NCBI GenBank assembly: GCA_044892525.1
Contig: CM097885.1
Span: forward strand, 49,786,001-49,850,000
Direction of reading: 5' to 3'
Source: Schmidtea polychroa
Lineage: Eukaryota
Length of the DNA stretch: 64,000 nucleotides
Below the pieces are notes generated by a model, which did no database searches, was not told where the DNA came from, and worked only from the letters and a program-made list of their open reading frames with translations. Below are positions 15,001-27,389 of the stretch, piece after piece (position 1 is the first letter of the stretch; the number at the start of each line of letters is the position of its first letter). The position numbers and the translations under genes were made by a program.

Positions 15001-18000
15001 TATTGAAAAGCTTGACTATGAATCGTAAATATATCGATGTTTTTTTCATATTCACAACTTTTCGTATTGCCTTTTTCAAGTGATTTTGATCGAATTCACT
15101 TGAAAAAGGCAGTGCCGAAAATTCGTGAATATCAAAAAAACATCGATAAAAATATAAAAGATTTTGTCATAGAATTTTTTTTTTAATAATAACTCATTTA
15201 TCAGAGTAGTAATTATTATTTATTAGTTAATGTTGACTCACACTTGATAAAGACGGCGCCGAAAATTTATGGTTATTCTTTGTTGTTTTTTATCTACCGC
15301 TATGTAATAACAAAAATTAAATTAGGTTATTGAATACATTTTGTATTTTGATTCTTTGCCACTTTTAATTTTGTTTCGCATTTTCTGCTATTCCATTCAT
15401 TATTTGTGAAAATGAACTTTGAACTTCCTAGCAATTAATTTTATTTTTCCTACTCACAATTCACAACTCAAAATAATTATTTCATAACTTTTCATATAAT
15501 TTAACATTTCTACTCACAAACTTAAAATTACTACAATTTTAGGGTTCATACTTGTATCTATCCATCCTTTTAGTCCGGGTGGTGTCCCTTGAATTTTAAC
15601 CTCAAATATTTGCCCAAATTATATATCTGTAAAGTATTAAAATAATAAATTTTAAATTTGATGTAATAAAACTAATTAGAATCCTTAGCGCACTCTTATT
15701 TTTTTTATACACAGACTGGTGGGAACTTTGTTGGCTGAAAAGAAACCGGTACAAAACTGTCTAGTGGATATATTCGGTTGTAATTATATATTAAATCAAA
15801 GTTCAAGCTTGCACTTATTAACTCGTGGTTCGGAAAAATTCGGTTCCTTGTACCCGAGTTAACGCGGTTAAGGGGTTGCATTTAATGAAAATATTATTTA
15901 TATGCTTCTGTAATATTTCATTATCCGAGCACTAAATTAATAAAAAGTGGGCTTTTAAGTGAAATTTAAAATAATATAGTTTTAAAATTGATTTTAATCT
16001 CACTATTTTTTTTATAGTAAAATCAATGCCTTTGGCTCCGTTAACTTTTACGGCTTATCGATCTCCAATAACTGAAGATGTCGTATTTGATTTTATTCCG
16101 TCTCTTTCGTGGAATACAAATGGTCCAGCAGTGAATTACAAAATCGAATATCGACCTCTTTCCGATACCCATTGGAAATATTTAACAGAAACTGACGCTA
16201 CCAATTACAGATTAGTTTACAAAGATCTGAAACCAGATGTCAATTATGAATTCAGAATATTCAGTGAAAATCTATACGGAAAAAGTGCTCCAGTAGAAAC
16301 AAGTTTACCAGCTAATTATAGTACAAGTAAAATATTTAATAAAAATATTTCAATTGAATTTATTGCTTAATTCAGAATTGATATTGAACAAAATCCCTGA
16401 AGATTCAGTAAGAATCGAGCCTATTCGTGATTCAGGATATCGACTCAAGTGGACTCCAATTGACATCTCATCTGTCACTGGTTATCGAATCGAAAAGTGC
16501 AATATTGACAAAGATTTTCAATGGCAGTTACTTGACACAGTGTCACCATATCAAGATTATTATCCTATCAATCATTTGGAACCTGAATTGAATTACAAAT
16601 TCCGCATCACTCCAGTATTCAATGAACTAATCGGTATTCCAACAACATATTCCAAACTGTTCAAGCCTGATGTTCGATTGCCTATCTTTAGACCAGAAAT
16701 TGAAACCTTGGAATTTAAACGACCAAGTGATGACAGCTTGTTAGTTTCGTGGACATTAAACAAATATAACTCACTGCCTGATGATATTGAATATTTAATT
16801 GACATAAGATATCCCAATGAATATTTATGGAATAATATTGCCACTGTTTTTAATAAGACTCACATCAAAATACCGAATATTTATTTCATAGAAAGAATTC
16901 CTTCAGAAATACGAATAGTTCCTAAAGTGTATGGTAAAAATTATGAGGCTTTTGTAGAGAAATTGCCTCAATCAATATGGATGGAAAGAGAAGATTATGG
17001 AAAAAGGCCATTAATTCCAAAATATTTCACTTACGCATTTTCATCGCTAACGTCATTGGCTATTAAATGGAAGCCAATCAAAATGAGTTGCGAAAGAATA
17101 CCGATTGATTATCAATATCATTATTTAATCGAAATGAAAAGTCCTAAATCAATTTCTTGGATACCAATTGGCACAGCCAACCCCTCTCTCGGTTACTTTT
17201 ACGTAAATAATCTCAGCCCGTCCATTGACTATGATATTCGAATAAGTCACCGAAATTCCGATGATAGACTGATTCCATCTGATTATATTTACCTAAATGT
17301 CATCCAAGATATTCCAACACAAACTGTTCAATTACCAATTATCCCCAACGAATTGCTCATAAAACCAACATTTGATGGTGTTGTACTAAAATGGAGTTCC
17401 AAAGAATGGGTTCCTGGAACAAGGTATGTAGTAGAAAAGGTAAATCGATCAATACCAGAAAGTATATGGGAACCAGTTACTAACTATCTGTTAGACGATT
17501 TTCAGATATTCATTCCTCGTGTGAATGAAAAAGATTATGACTTCAGAGTTATTGCAGTAAATAGTAGTAACGAGAAAAGTATTCCAAAATACGTTGATAC
17601 AGTGATTGAAATGTCGGACACTTTGGTACCAATTGCTAAACGAAAATATCTTCGTGATGTCATTCATTTTGATGAGACTGATTATATAATCAAATCTGGT
17701 AACGATGTCATTGTAACAGTATATTTCGAAAAAGATTATGGAATTGATGTTGAATGGTTTCACAATGGAGTGCATATTTATTCTGGAACGAAATATAAAA
17801 TCACTACTGACGTCTGTTGTAGTTCTCTTCGAATATTCAATGTATCATTATTCGATCAAGGATTTGTTAGCTGCCGAATTGTGAGTTCATTGGGTTATGA
17901 AATACGTCAACGAAAATTAATCATTGAAGTTATTCCGGGATTCGTGCGGAAATCTCAGATAATAACAGATTATACAATTTTATCAAAGGAAAACTTTCAA

Positions 18001-21000
18001 TTAAAGCTCCCAATTATGTATTCATTAACACCAAGAGTTGAAATTTATAAAGATGACCGCATTCTAGTCAATGATTACCGTATAAGGTGGACAATAATAG
18101 ATTATGTTTTATTTTTCTCTATCGACGACGTTTTACTTGAAGATCATGGATATTATAAAATCAAGATTTATAATAGTTTTGGATATGATTATTTTTCGTT
18201 CTTCCTCACAGTTGACGGTCAACCAAGGCAGCCTAAATATTCTCCGCTAGTAATAGAAAGTGATTATGTAATATTGATCGAGTGGCAATATGAATATCAT
18301 GATTTCATTACTCACTACGAAATAGAATTCCGCCATGAATATGGAGACTGGATTCGTATAGGAAAATCACTTACCAACAAATATGTAACAAATATTTTCT
18401 CGGATTTGTTCACAAATGTCGGTTGTTATCATTTCCGATATCGGGCAGTCAATAAACATGGAATCAGTGAACCGAGTCCAGCATCTGACGATTTAATTAT
18501 TCAAACTAGAAGGATTATTAGAGGTAAATAATTTTTATTGTTCTGTGAGTCTAGTGTATTTTGTGTAAACATATGATAATATTATCAACCATTCTACTTT
18601 TTTTAATAACAAACATTCAAATATTTGAGTGCAGCCAAATACTATTTTGACACCCTTAGTGAACATTTCGCCTTATTTAAAATCATTGATTAATTGAAGA
18701 CTTCAAATAAATTTTAAATAAAAAAGTATTTCATTCTTTATTTTTCTTTTTCGCCGATTCGAAAATTTTCTTTTCTATAGATTTGAAAAGTATTGGTTAT
18801 TTATGATTATTTTTAATTTCAGAAATGAGGGATGAAATGAAATTATCAAGGTACATATCAAAACATAATGAGTAGTATAGTTTTTCTAATTGAAAATTTT
18901 CTATTTCTTTTATCTTTATTTCATTTTTGAAAATAGGTCAGTATCTAGTTTTATATTTAGTACGGTTTTACCGCAGTACCGAAAGTCCATGTTAAATATG
19001 AAAAAATATATTGGTTTATAGTCTGAAATAAAATGATAGCAAGGAGAATTGAAAATGAAAATACAGTAGTGATCGGGTTTAACGTTAAAACCCGTTGGTT
19101 TGTTACGTAACTGATTATAACAAAATATTTTCAAATATTTTTTATTCATAAAATGAAGAATAGAACAAAAGATATAGAGGTTGGATACAAATCGAGTGAA
19201 ATATCCAGATAAGTTAAGTAAAAAAAATAAAAAATAAAGGTTTTGGAGAGCTATATGAAGATAAATTCAAAAGTAAAAAAATTGTTATAATCAAAAATGC
19301 TTTCATACCGGCGCGAACCGTTTTTTATGAAATTTAAATGAATTTCCATTTTTTTTCTTTCAATTCGTGACATTTTATATTACTGGAGAAGTTTTTATAG
19401 TGTATTTAATATTTGGTAGCCCACAGCGTGATTGCCCTTGTTGCACATGCGGATTGTGCGGTGCTGACAAATTTTTCATTTTAGGATTTGTATTGTGTTA
19501 AAATATCGTCTGTTATAAAGGTTTATTCTTGTAAAATTTAGTTAAAGATTTGGCTGATTGAAATCATATTGAAATTAACTGTCAAATTTGCTTAGAATTA
19601 TTTTTTTTGTTTGGGAAATTAAATAGTGTTATTTGTTGGTTTGTGTTATTGAATAAAAGAACACGCTACCGAAATCTATAAAACCCCAAGAGATCATAAA
19701 AAATTATATTTTAATTAATTGTGTTTATGTGAAGGGGCAAATGAAGAAGGAAAATGAAGCTGGGTATTTAATTTTTTTACATATTGGGGATATCTAATTT
19801 TCGCCAGTTCTATTTCAGCATTTATTTAAGTGAAATTATTTATTCAGAGCAAAAATCTATAAACGTACAAAATCTATATTATAAATTCAAACAAATACAC
19901 AATTTCAAAATATACCATTTGTAAAAAAAAGTTTATTTTAACTTTAAACACATACAACTGATTTTTTCTGGCACTCTCCATCGACTTTTTCACATTTAAC
20001 CGTACAAGTCGAGCAATGATGACCTCTGCAATGCTTGTAGATCAAACCTGGTCACATTGTCTCATCAATTCTGGCATGAGAATCATCCAAAAATTCCTCT
20101 AGATAAAAATAACAAATATTAATTAAAATTATGCTATGGACAAATTTTTTAATGTTTAAAATAGAAACAAAAATGTAAAAAAATAATTTCACAACAAAGC
20201 AGTTGATAATACTTCAGGAAAGCATCGCTGGTTATAACGAATATAATTGGTTAATCCCTAATTATCGTTATAACCAATCACCACTGTACATCAACGGTCA
20301 TAAAGATGAAAGATTTAATTTCTATTCTGAACCTATTAATTATATAAATAAATGTTGATAGTATCATTTTATAATTAAAAATTTCTTCATACATGCATTA
20401 ATTAATTTATTTTCAGATTATCGTCCCATTACCACGGAATTGTCCACTAAAATAAATAAATATGAGGAATTTGAGAGAGAATACGAAATTGTTGACATAA
20501 TATCAAAGTATAATTTACAATAAATATTCAACAAATTAATTTTATCGTAAATTTAGATTGTCCGATTCTACCGTTTATCAGGCCAGAAATAGAACATCGG
20601 GAAAGACTGTAATTACAGAAATAATTGACACTAAATCGTTAATAGAGAATGACTTGTATATCCATACAAGAAAATATTCAATAGAAAACAGCAAAAATAG
20701 ATACCTGGCTCAGTCGAATATAATCAAAGAAATCGAAAAACCAATTCGTGATTTGCCTGCAATCATTAATACAACGTTTCCAGCCAAAACGTTTTCAGGA
20801 CTTTATACTCCAGAAAAGGTTTACAGTTCCGAAAATCGTTCTGTTTTCATTTATCCTAGGTTAGATATGCAAAATTCCTTTTTTCAAAATTAACATTTTA
20901 TTTGTTAATTTATAATTTATTAAATTTTTATTTAATTAATAATAATAATTAATTAATATAATTAATTTTCAATGATTTTTATTCTACAAAATCAGACCTT

Positions 21001-24000
21001 TCTTTTATTTTACCACTTGCGCTGGAATGACTTGTTATTCATTTCTACTGCTATCTGTACCAAATGTTGACATGACGTGTATAGCTCGTGCGATCTTTGC
21101 TAAGTTGACAGTTCTACCAATAAGTTATTTATAATTTTATATAAAAAGATTTCAAATGGAAATTCGCTGTGATTTACTTTGGACGGGTTTGTCATTCGCG
21201 AACGTTAATTTATTGCCAGCGCAAGTGTTTAAATGTGAAAAATGGTTCATATCCAAATATAGAGAACTTTTAAGATAAAAGCAAATTATGTTCTGATATC
21301 AGAATTTAATATAATACCATTATATATTTATTTGACTTTATGTGTAGATTACTAAAACTCTATAAACCCTTCTTCCATGACTTTTTTTCCACCCTTCTAT
21401 TAGTTTATGTAGATTTTCTATTGAATATTGTATGCATTTTAATGGATTATTTATTATTTCACATTCTATTTTACATTTGAAATGAGTGATATCAGCAAGT
21501 GACCTAGTGTTTCGAAACTAATGAAAAATATAGTGAGAAGCATAGTACAAAGATGTTTCAATTCAGTATGAAATTTGTTTCTTGAATTCTCATTATAATT
21601 GATGAATTGCCTATGATTTAAATCATACCTGCACGACATACGGCCCGTGAACACTTTCTAGAACACTCCTAAAAAAAGTCAGAATAAGTTAATATATTTA
21701 ACAAATAAATCTAATCTATATGATATCAATGTGTGACGCGAACACACAGTCTTTACTATTAACTACCTATTCGGTCTCAACTATTTTCCTTCAAATTTCA
21801 GTCATACAAATTTAACATGTGTAAATATTATATGATTTTGAACAGGTATCATTTACAGTGATCCTACATTTACATTTGAAAATTCATAATTAAAACGAAA
21901 ATGTTTTCATTTAGTATCAGTGGGGAGAGTTTATATGAACCGATTGTTCGTCGAATTAAAATTTCAGAGGAAAAGATTGCTACGATAATCGAACAGATTC
22001 TAAAGACACTAAAAGACTTACATTCTGAAGGCATTGTTCATTTGGGAATTGAAGTAAAATATTGTCATTATTTTTTTCTTTATTTAAAAATCATTTCAGC
22101 CGAAAAACATTTTCTATTCATCATTGAAAAGTGACACTTCTATTAAATTATTACCGTCTCCAATCACTCGAAGGCTCCCATCTGAAAATACAGAAAGTTT
22201 CAAATTAAATCTGAGGAACTTGAGATATATTTCACCGGAGATAAAGTCAAAGCGGCCATTGAGCCAAGCAACAGACTTGTGGTCATTAGGAATGACAATT
22301 TATGAATTGTAAGCTATTTTCTTAATATTTCATTGGTTAATTTAAAAAAATAAGATTTAGTCTAGATGAGGGTCTTACATCAGAATCCATCTATCCAAAT
22401 GAATATAAGCCTGATATCTCAAGAATGAAAGGTGCCAGCTCTGAATTGATAGATTTCACTAGGAAGTTGTTATCATACAAACCCGAGGATCGGCCGTCTG
22501 TGGTTGCTGCACTGGAACATCCGTGGATCAAGACTATGTCAAAATATGAAGAAAACCGATCTTCTATTCAATATGATTTGTCTCCGCGTAAATTTGAAAT
22601 AGATTCTAAGGAATTTACGGCTCGAATAATGCATCTTCTTGGTGTCAAGTCGGTTTCATTACCGAAACCAGTACGCCGAAAATCTCAAACATTTGACGAC
22701 GATACGGAGGTTTTGTTGAAATCATATCCAAGGAGACCAAAGATTTTATCTCGATTGTCTGACATTTATGCATTAAGTGGTTCAAAGGTCGTTCTTCAAT
22801 GTCATTATGAGGTGGTAAATTGTAGCTATTATCAAGTTCGTTGGTTCTGTAATAACATCGAAATCACAGAACGACTGTCGAATAAATATTACCTTGACAA
22901 TTCAATTCGTGGATATAGTGTTCTAGAAATCCGATCTGTTGATGAAGAATCTGGTGGCATTTATTCGGTCAAAGTAATGAATGGAAACGGTTATGCTATT
23001 GACTCTTGCAATGTTGTCGTTAAACGTACAAGCCAAAAACGTTCACTGTCTTTCAAATATGATAATCCACCATTACCAACGATGGCTCCTGCTATCATTC
23101 TTCCATTATTCGATACAATTTCTGTCATTGGAAATTATATCATTCTCAATGCTAAAAGTAATATTTTATTTATCTTTTTCCTCTTTATTCGGCAATTCTA
23201 GTATCTGGTACATGTAAACCGGAAATAGTTTGGAAATTAAATGGAAAACTATTCAATCCTTTAACAACGGATCGCTATTCTATGACCCTTGACAATTTGA
23301 ATATTCATTTATTCATAGATCATTGTACAATGAAAGAAAGTGGATTATATACACTGGAAGTGTCTAACAAATACGGTTGCGATTCATGTTCAGCCTTGGT
23401 CAAAATTATAGGTAAGTATTACTTAGACTGTTGTACTTTCTGAAATATAAAACGAACCAAACAGTTTTCCATAAGAAAAATGTGTAATAAATCTCTCTGA
23501 CATACACAATGTATTTATATATTTGGGAACTATGGGAGCTACAAATTCTAGAATAACAGTTGTTTTTTTCTCTCGACACCAAAGATCGTACTTCTCTATC
23601 CAGATAACAAAAAAATGTTGACGTTATTTTTGTTGATAACCGTTCTCCTCACATGTTCCACATAACCCCAGCGCTCTTTATTATGCGAAATCCAATTTTT
23701 TGTGAAGGGGGTAAAAAATGCTTACATTATTTACAAAGAGAAATATAATAATAAAGTAATGTTGCGTCACAAGTTCATATTCACAATAATAAAAATTAAA
23801 GAACAAGATTGATTGAGAGAAAAAAACCGGAGTTCTGTAGTAACCAGTGAAGTTGTTTTAAAAGGTGTCTATTAAAACTCAACATTAAAACAAAAGATTT
23901 TCCTAGATGTTTTTATAATTTTGCTTTTATTTTAAAAAAAAAGTTAAAATATAATTTTATGTTTCAACAAACATCGCAATTTTTAAGGAAAGACATCAAT

Positions 24001-27000
24001 CGAGGAAATCTGAAAGAAAAAGTAAAATCTTTGATTAAAAATAATGAAATAAAAAATTTTTTATATATAATTAAATTTGTTTAAAATCCTTTATTTAATG
24101 AGTATTATATCCCACCTGATGATGACAGGAAAACTGTCGAAATTAATCGTGAAAAAAATGTTTGATTGGCGTTATCTTATAATTAAATCATTGCCATGTA
24201 TGTTTAACTATTTATTCAAAAATAATGAAGTAATTAAATTTATCGTCGAGTTTTGTTTTTTTATTCTAACAAATTGAACTGGAATATTCGATTTGATTTT
24301 TATTTCTTTAATTAAGTCTTTTGTTTGGTATTAAAATTTTAGGAAAGGTTTTCAGTGAGAGATCCTCTTGCTAATATCAGAAGTCATATAAGATGACAAT
24401 TTTAGCATTTTCCCTATTAATAGGGAAGTTTATGGAAATTGAAATGCTTTGAATAGTGAATAGAATCAAAATTTTCAAATATTTTAAAAATATTTTATTG
24501 AAAATTAACTTTTTCTCAGCCCCTTAACTCTGCAAAGAGCTCTCCTTGTGTCACACTAGTATAGAGGAATCTTATATTGCTATGAATGTCATTCATGCAA
24601 TTGTATATGTCCTTGATGACATAAGGAATCTATCCTTTACCTGCTGCTTGACCACTTGTTTCCCTTCCTATAAAATGAGTTCTTACAGTCAAATCTGTGC
24701 ATTTAAATCAACTGCTGACTGAACCTTCACTTTCATCATCAATGTTTATACTTTCAATGAAAACAATTGTTTTGTGTTCACTTACTTTACAATTTTCACT
24801 TATATTTCTTTGACTTCTTTTGTTAAAGGAATTTAAATGCGTCATTTTATTCGAATCAATTGAACTTGAATATTTGATTTGATTTTTATTTCTTTAGATA
24901 AATTACCAGATCCTTGCTGCATTCCGCCAAGGTTTGAAAAGCATTTACCGACAACCACAGTTGTAGATGGATCTGAAATCAAACTCCAGGTCTGTGTTAC
25001 AGGCATGCCATTGCCAGACATCCAATGGCTATTGAATAGATCTAAGGTTCCCGATATTGGAATGCGGCTTCATTTTGATGATATTACCGGATTATGTGAC
25101 TGTATTTTGGAAACTGACATTATTAGTGAAGATGTTGTCACAATATCATGTGTAGCAAAGAATATTATCGGCACAGTTATTACGGAAACTGATTTATTTA
25201 GAATAGGTAAACATAACCATATTTATTGTTTTAACTGTGGTATCAATATATCTTGTAGACCGGTCTCATATAATTCCCAGACTTTCTCTTGACAATAGTT
25301 TGCACAGACATCCTATTAAACGTACGCCAGAATTCACCAGAGTATTGAAGGATGTCCAAGCAGAAAGAGGATCAACCGTATCATTATTTTGTTCAACTAT
25401 TGGAACGCCTATTCCCGATATATATTGGCTCAAAAATGATAAGAAAATCGACATAACCAATTGTAANNNNNNNNNNNNNNNNNNNNNNNNNNNNNNNNNN
25501 NNNNNNNNNNNNNNNNNNNNNNNNNNNNNNNNNNNNNNNNNNNNNNNNNNNNNNNNNNNNNNNNNNNNNNNNNNNNNNNNNNNNNNNNNNNNNNNNNNNN
25601 NNNNNNNNNNNNNNNNNNNNNNNNNNNNNNNNNNNNNNNNNNNNNNNNNNNNNNNNNNNNNNNNNNNNAGAACTATAACGGTAGTGCTAAATTAGTAATA
25701 CATAACTTGGTTGTTGGAGATTTTGGAAAGTATACCGTTACAGCCTTTAATGATATTGGAAGGATTTCATCTTCTTGCTCTATCATTGAGATCGACACAA
25801 TTGACATAGCACCGCCGAAAATTTTGAGAGGAATTTGCAATATTACAATTGATGAAGGAAAATCGATAGAACTGGAAGTGGAAATAATTCCAAATCTATC
25901 AGTGGTAATAAAATGGTAAATAAATACTGCTTAAGATTTTGTGTAAATTTGTTTCATCCAGGGAAAAAGATGGAAGTGAAATCAACAACCGTTCACAAAA
26001 GAATTTGTCGATTTCTAATGTTTCGGATTCTATTTCATGTTTGCGAATTAGTAATAGTACAAAAGCAGACGAAGGCTTATATAGATGTATAGCAAGCAAC
26101 AAATTTGGTCATGCTCAAACATCCGGTTTCGTTTGGATTAATGAACCGATTAGAAGAAGGTCAATTGAAAAGGTTTCCGTCTCATCATCATATTTCCACA
26201 GCGAATCAATTGAGTCTCATAAGTCATTTCTAGTCAAAGAAAGTATTGAAGAAGACGAAACGGGAAATTATATTGAAATATTAGAATCATCTCCTTCGAC
26301 ACTTGAAGTCACTGAGGGCGAAGAAATTTCTTTGTTTTGCAAAGTGTCAACCAACTGCCGAATGATAGGTTTGTATTTTAGTACTATTAAGTGAAAGTTT
26401 ATCTGATTATCAATCTTATAGCTGAATGGAATAAAGGTAGTCGAACATTGGTCTATGATAAACGCCACAGAATCACTCAACAAAATAACATTTACCAAAT
26501 GGAAATTCCAAAATCTATTATCAATGATACTGGGAAATATGTACTGACATTAAAATCTGGATCAAAAGTAGCAACTATGATCTGTAGAGTAGATGTATTG
26601 TATAAATCCAAATCTTNNNNNNNNNNNNNNNNNNNNNNNNNNNNNNNNNNNNNNNNNNNNNNNNNNNNNNNNNNNNNNNNNNNNNNNNNNNNNNNNNNNN
26701 NNNNNNNNNNNNNNNNNNNNNNNNNNNNNNNNNNNNNNNNNNNNNNNNNNNNNNNNNNNNNNNNNNNNNNNNNNNNNNNNNNNNNNNNNNNNNNNNNNNN
26801 NNNNNNNNNNNNNNNNNNNNNNNNNNNNNNNNNNNNNNNNNNNNNNNNNNNNNNNNNNNNNNNNNNNNNNNNNNNNNNNNNNNNNNNNNNNNNNNNNNNN
26901 NNNNNNNNNNNNNNNNNNNNNNNNNNNNAGACAATATCTCGAGAATCATCAATTGTGTCTACAGACAGTTTTAGATCAAGATCATCATCAAGATTTTTAT

Positions 27001-27002
27001 AA
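1..27002 (+). CDS. Giant twitchin/titin-family Ig/Fn3 muscle protein with C-terminal pseudokinase (3' portion, multi-exon, 5' end outside window)
   Basis: Hand-spliced GT-AG exons that keep frame: <1-230, 453-717, 771-2813, 2861-3478, 3529-3643, 5679-5851, 5903-6511, 6561-6854, 6898-7017, ~7309-7910, 7959-9488, 10188-14888, 16018-16320/16326, 16376-18523, 20417-20507, 20557-20859, 21915-22053, 22100-22308, 22355/22361-23157, 23202-23411, 24898-25206, 25259-25466, 25669-25915, 25962-26368, 26422-26616, 26929-27002 (TAA). Repeated Fn3 motifs (LxWxxPxxDGGSPIxxYxVE...YxFRVxAxN) and I-set Ig motifs (WxKNG...DxGxYxCxxxN). Kinase fold followed by 6 Ig. Most module-separating introns are phase 1. Four N gaps hide some coding sequence. 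Confidence 0.93.
231..452. other. Assembly gap (N run); other gaps at 7055-7308, 25467-25668, 26617-26928, 55858-55997
   Basis: Runs of N seen directly; X-containing ORFs in the track are artefacts of these gaps. Confidence 1.
3960..5014 (-). mobile_element. hAT (Blackjack-type) transposon remnant in titin-like intron, interrupted by a second hAT
   Basis: After removing 4088-4779 and one TSD, the minus strand reads LPGTNALKERVFSIINNMWISDTSQLNIDILNAIVITKCNF (hAT C-terminal dimerisation region). Terminus TAGAGTGATCATTCGTCCCG (reverse complement of 4995-5014) resembles the Blackjack TIR TAGGGTGACCATACGTCCCG. A similar end starts near 5420. Confidence 0.7.
4088..4779 (+). mobile_element. Internally deleted hAT element carrying the transposase C-terminal dimerisation domain (ZMYM1-like clade)
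   Basis: TIR CAGGCCCG...CGGGCCTG; perfect 8-bp TSD GATGTATC (4080-4087, 4780-4787); ORF to 4623 with LTLPVSVPSGERSFSKLKQIKTYIRSTMSQERLVGLAILSIE. Confidence 0.9.
9814..10055. mobile_element. hAT MITE (Buster/Charlie-like ends), 242 bp
   Basis: CAGCGGTTCCTTAA...TTAAGAACCGCTG; 8-bp TSD AACTAACA/AGCTAACA (7/8). Confidence 0.8.
14944..15150. repeat. Fold-back (palindromic) dispersed repeat family, copy A
   Basis: Arms 15032-15083 and 15096-15148 are near-perfect reverse complements (TATCGATGTTTTTT..ATATTCAC...GCCTTTTTCAAGTGA). Related copies at 40712-40800, 42327-42390 and 55690-55850. Confidence 0.8.
19960..20286 (-). mobile_element. pogo/Tigger-like remnant
   Basis: End TCGTTATAACCAATCACCACTG followed by TA, with an inverted subterminal GGTTATAACGA; a minus-strand IDET-like motif near 20065. 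Confidence 0.4.
20417..22532 (+). other. Twitchin/titin-type kinase domain, predicted catalytically dead (5 exons)
   Basis: Spliced translation: YEIVDIISKLSDSTVYQARNRTSGKTVITEII...IEQILKTLKDLHSEGIVHLGIEPKNIFYSSLKSDTSIKLLPSP...YISPEI...TDLWSLGMTIYEL...FTRKLLSYKPEDRPSVVAALEHPW. Confidence 0.88.
21013..21228. mobile_element. piggyBac-like MITE, 216 bp
   Basis: TTTA-CCACTTGCGCTGG...CCAGCGCAAGTGT-TTAA; 12-bp inverted core with a degenerate TTAA site on the left. Confidence 0.6.
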
Positions 27003-27066
27003 CTTTTATATGTAATGAATTATTAGTCGAACTTCATATTTTCAATTATGTGAGTGCATGTTTTAT

Positions 27067-27086
27067 AATAAAATATGGAGAATAAA
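27067..27086 (+). terminator. Candidate polyadenylation signals of the titin-like gene
   Basis: AATAAA at 27067-27072 and 27081-27086, 65-85 nt after the stop codon; common by chance in AT-rich DNA. Confidence 0.3.
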
Positions 27087-27149
27087 TTCAAATAGTTTGT
27101 CAAAATTGAAATATTAATTATGATATATCATTAATCATTATCCTTTTAA

Positions 27150-27389
27150 CCCTTTGAGGGCGACGGGCTCGAAATTTTTTATTCCCCCAAAGGTGCAATT
27201 TTGCCATTTTTTCCCCTAATTTTTCCTAAATTGAAGTTTTTTTGGAAAACACTTTGAATTTAGACATATATTTTCATAAAATATCATTAAAATAAAAAGA
27301 AAAATAATTTTACGTGGACTAGAGTCGAATTTCGCCCTCAAGACCAAAATAAAGTTGTGCGACTATAGTCGTACGGCACCCTCAAAGGG
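27150..27389. mobile_element. piggyBac MITE, 240 bp
   Basis: TTAA-CCCTTTGAGGG...CCCTCAAAGGG-TTAA; perfect 11-bp TIR and TTAA TSD. Confidence 0.9.

Noticed and set aside
215-17775. Short antisense and alternative-frame ORFs overlapping titin-like exons (e.g. 1474-1683, 5994-6257, 8068-8424, 13143-13439, 16593-16844)
   Set aside because: Shadow ORFs of long coding exons, with no recognisable domains.
18823-18850. Candidate micro-exon (AG|AAATGAGGGATGAAATGAAATTATCAAG|GT) in the intron before the kinase
   Set aside because: It ends in phase 2 and would put the next exon (20417) into a frame with a stop; direct 18523-20417 splicing keeps frame. Could only be real with an additional unseen exon.
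25467-26928. N gaps appearing to coincide with GT/AG splice sites
   Set aside because: Frame analysis shows the flanking bases can be coding, so this is most likely ordinary scaffolding over small repeats rather than biology.
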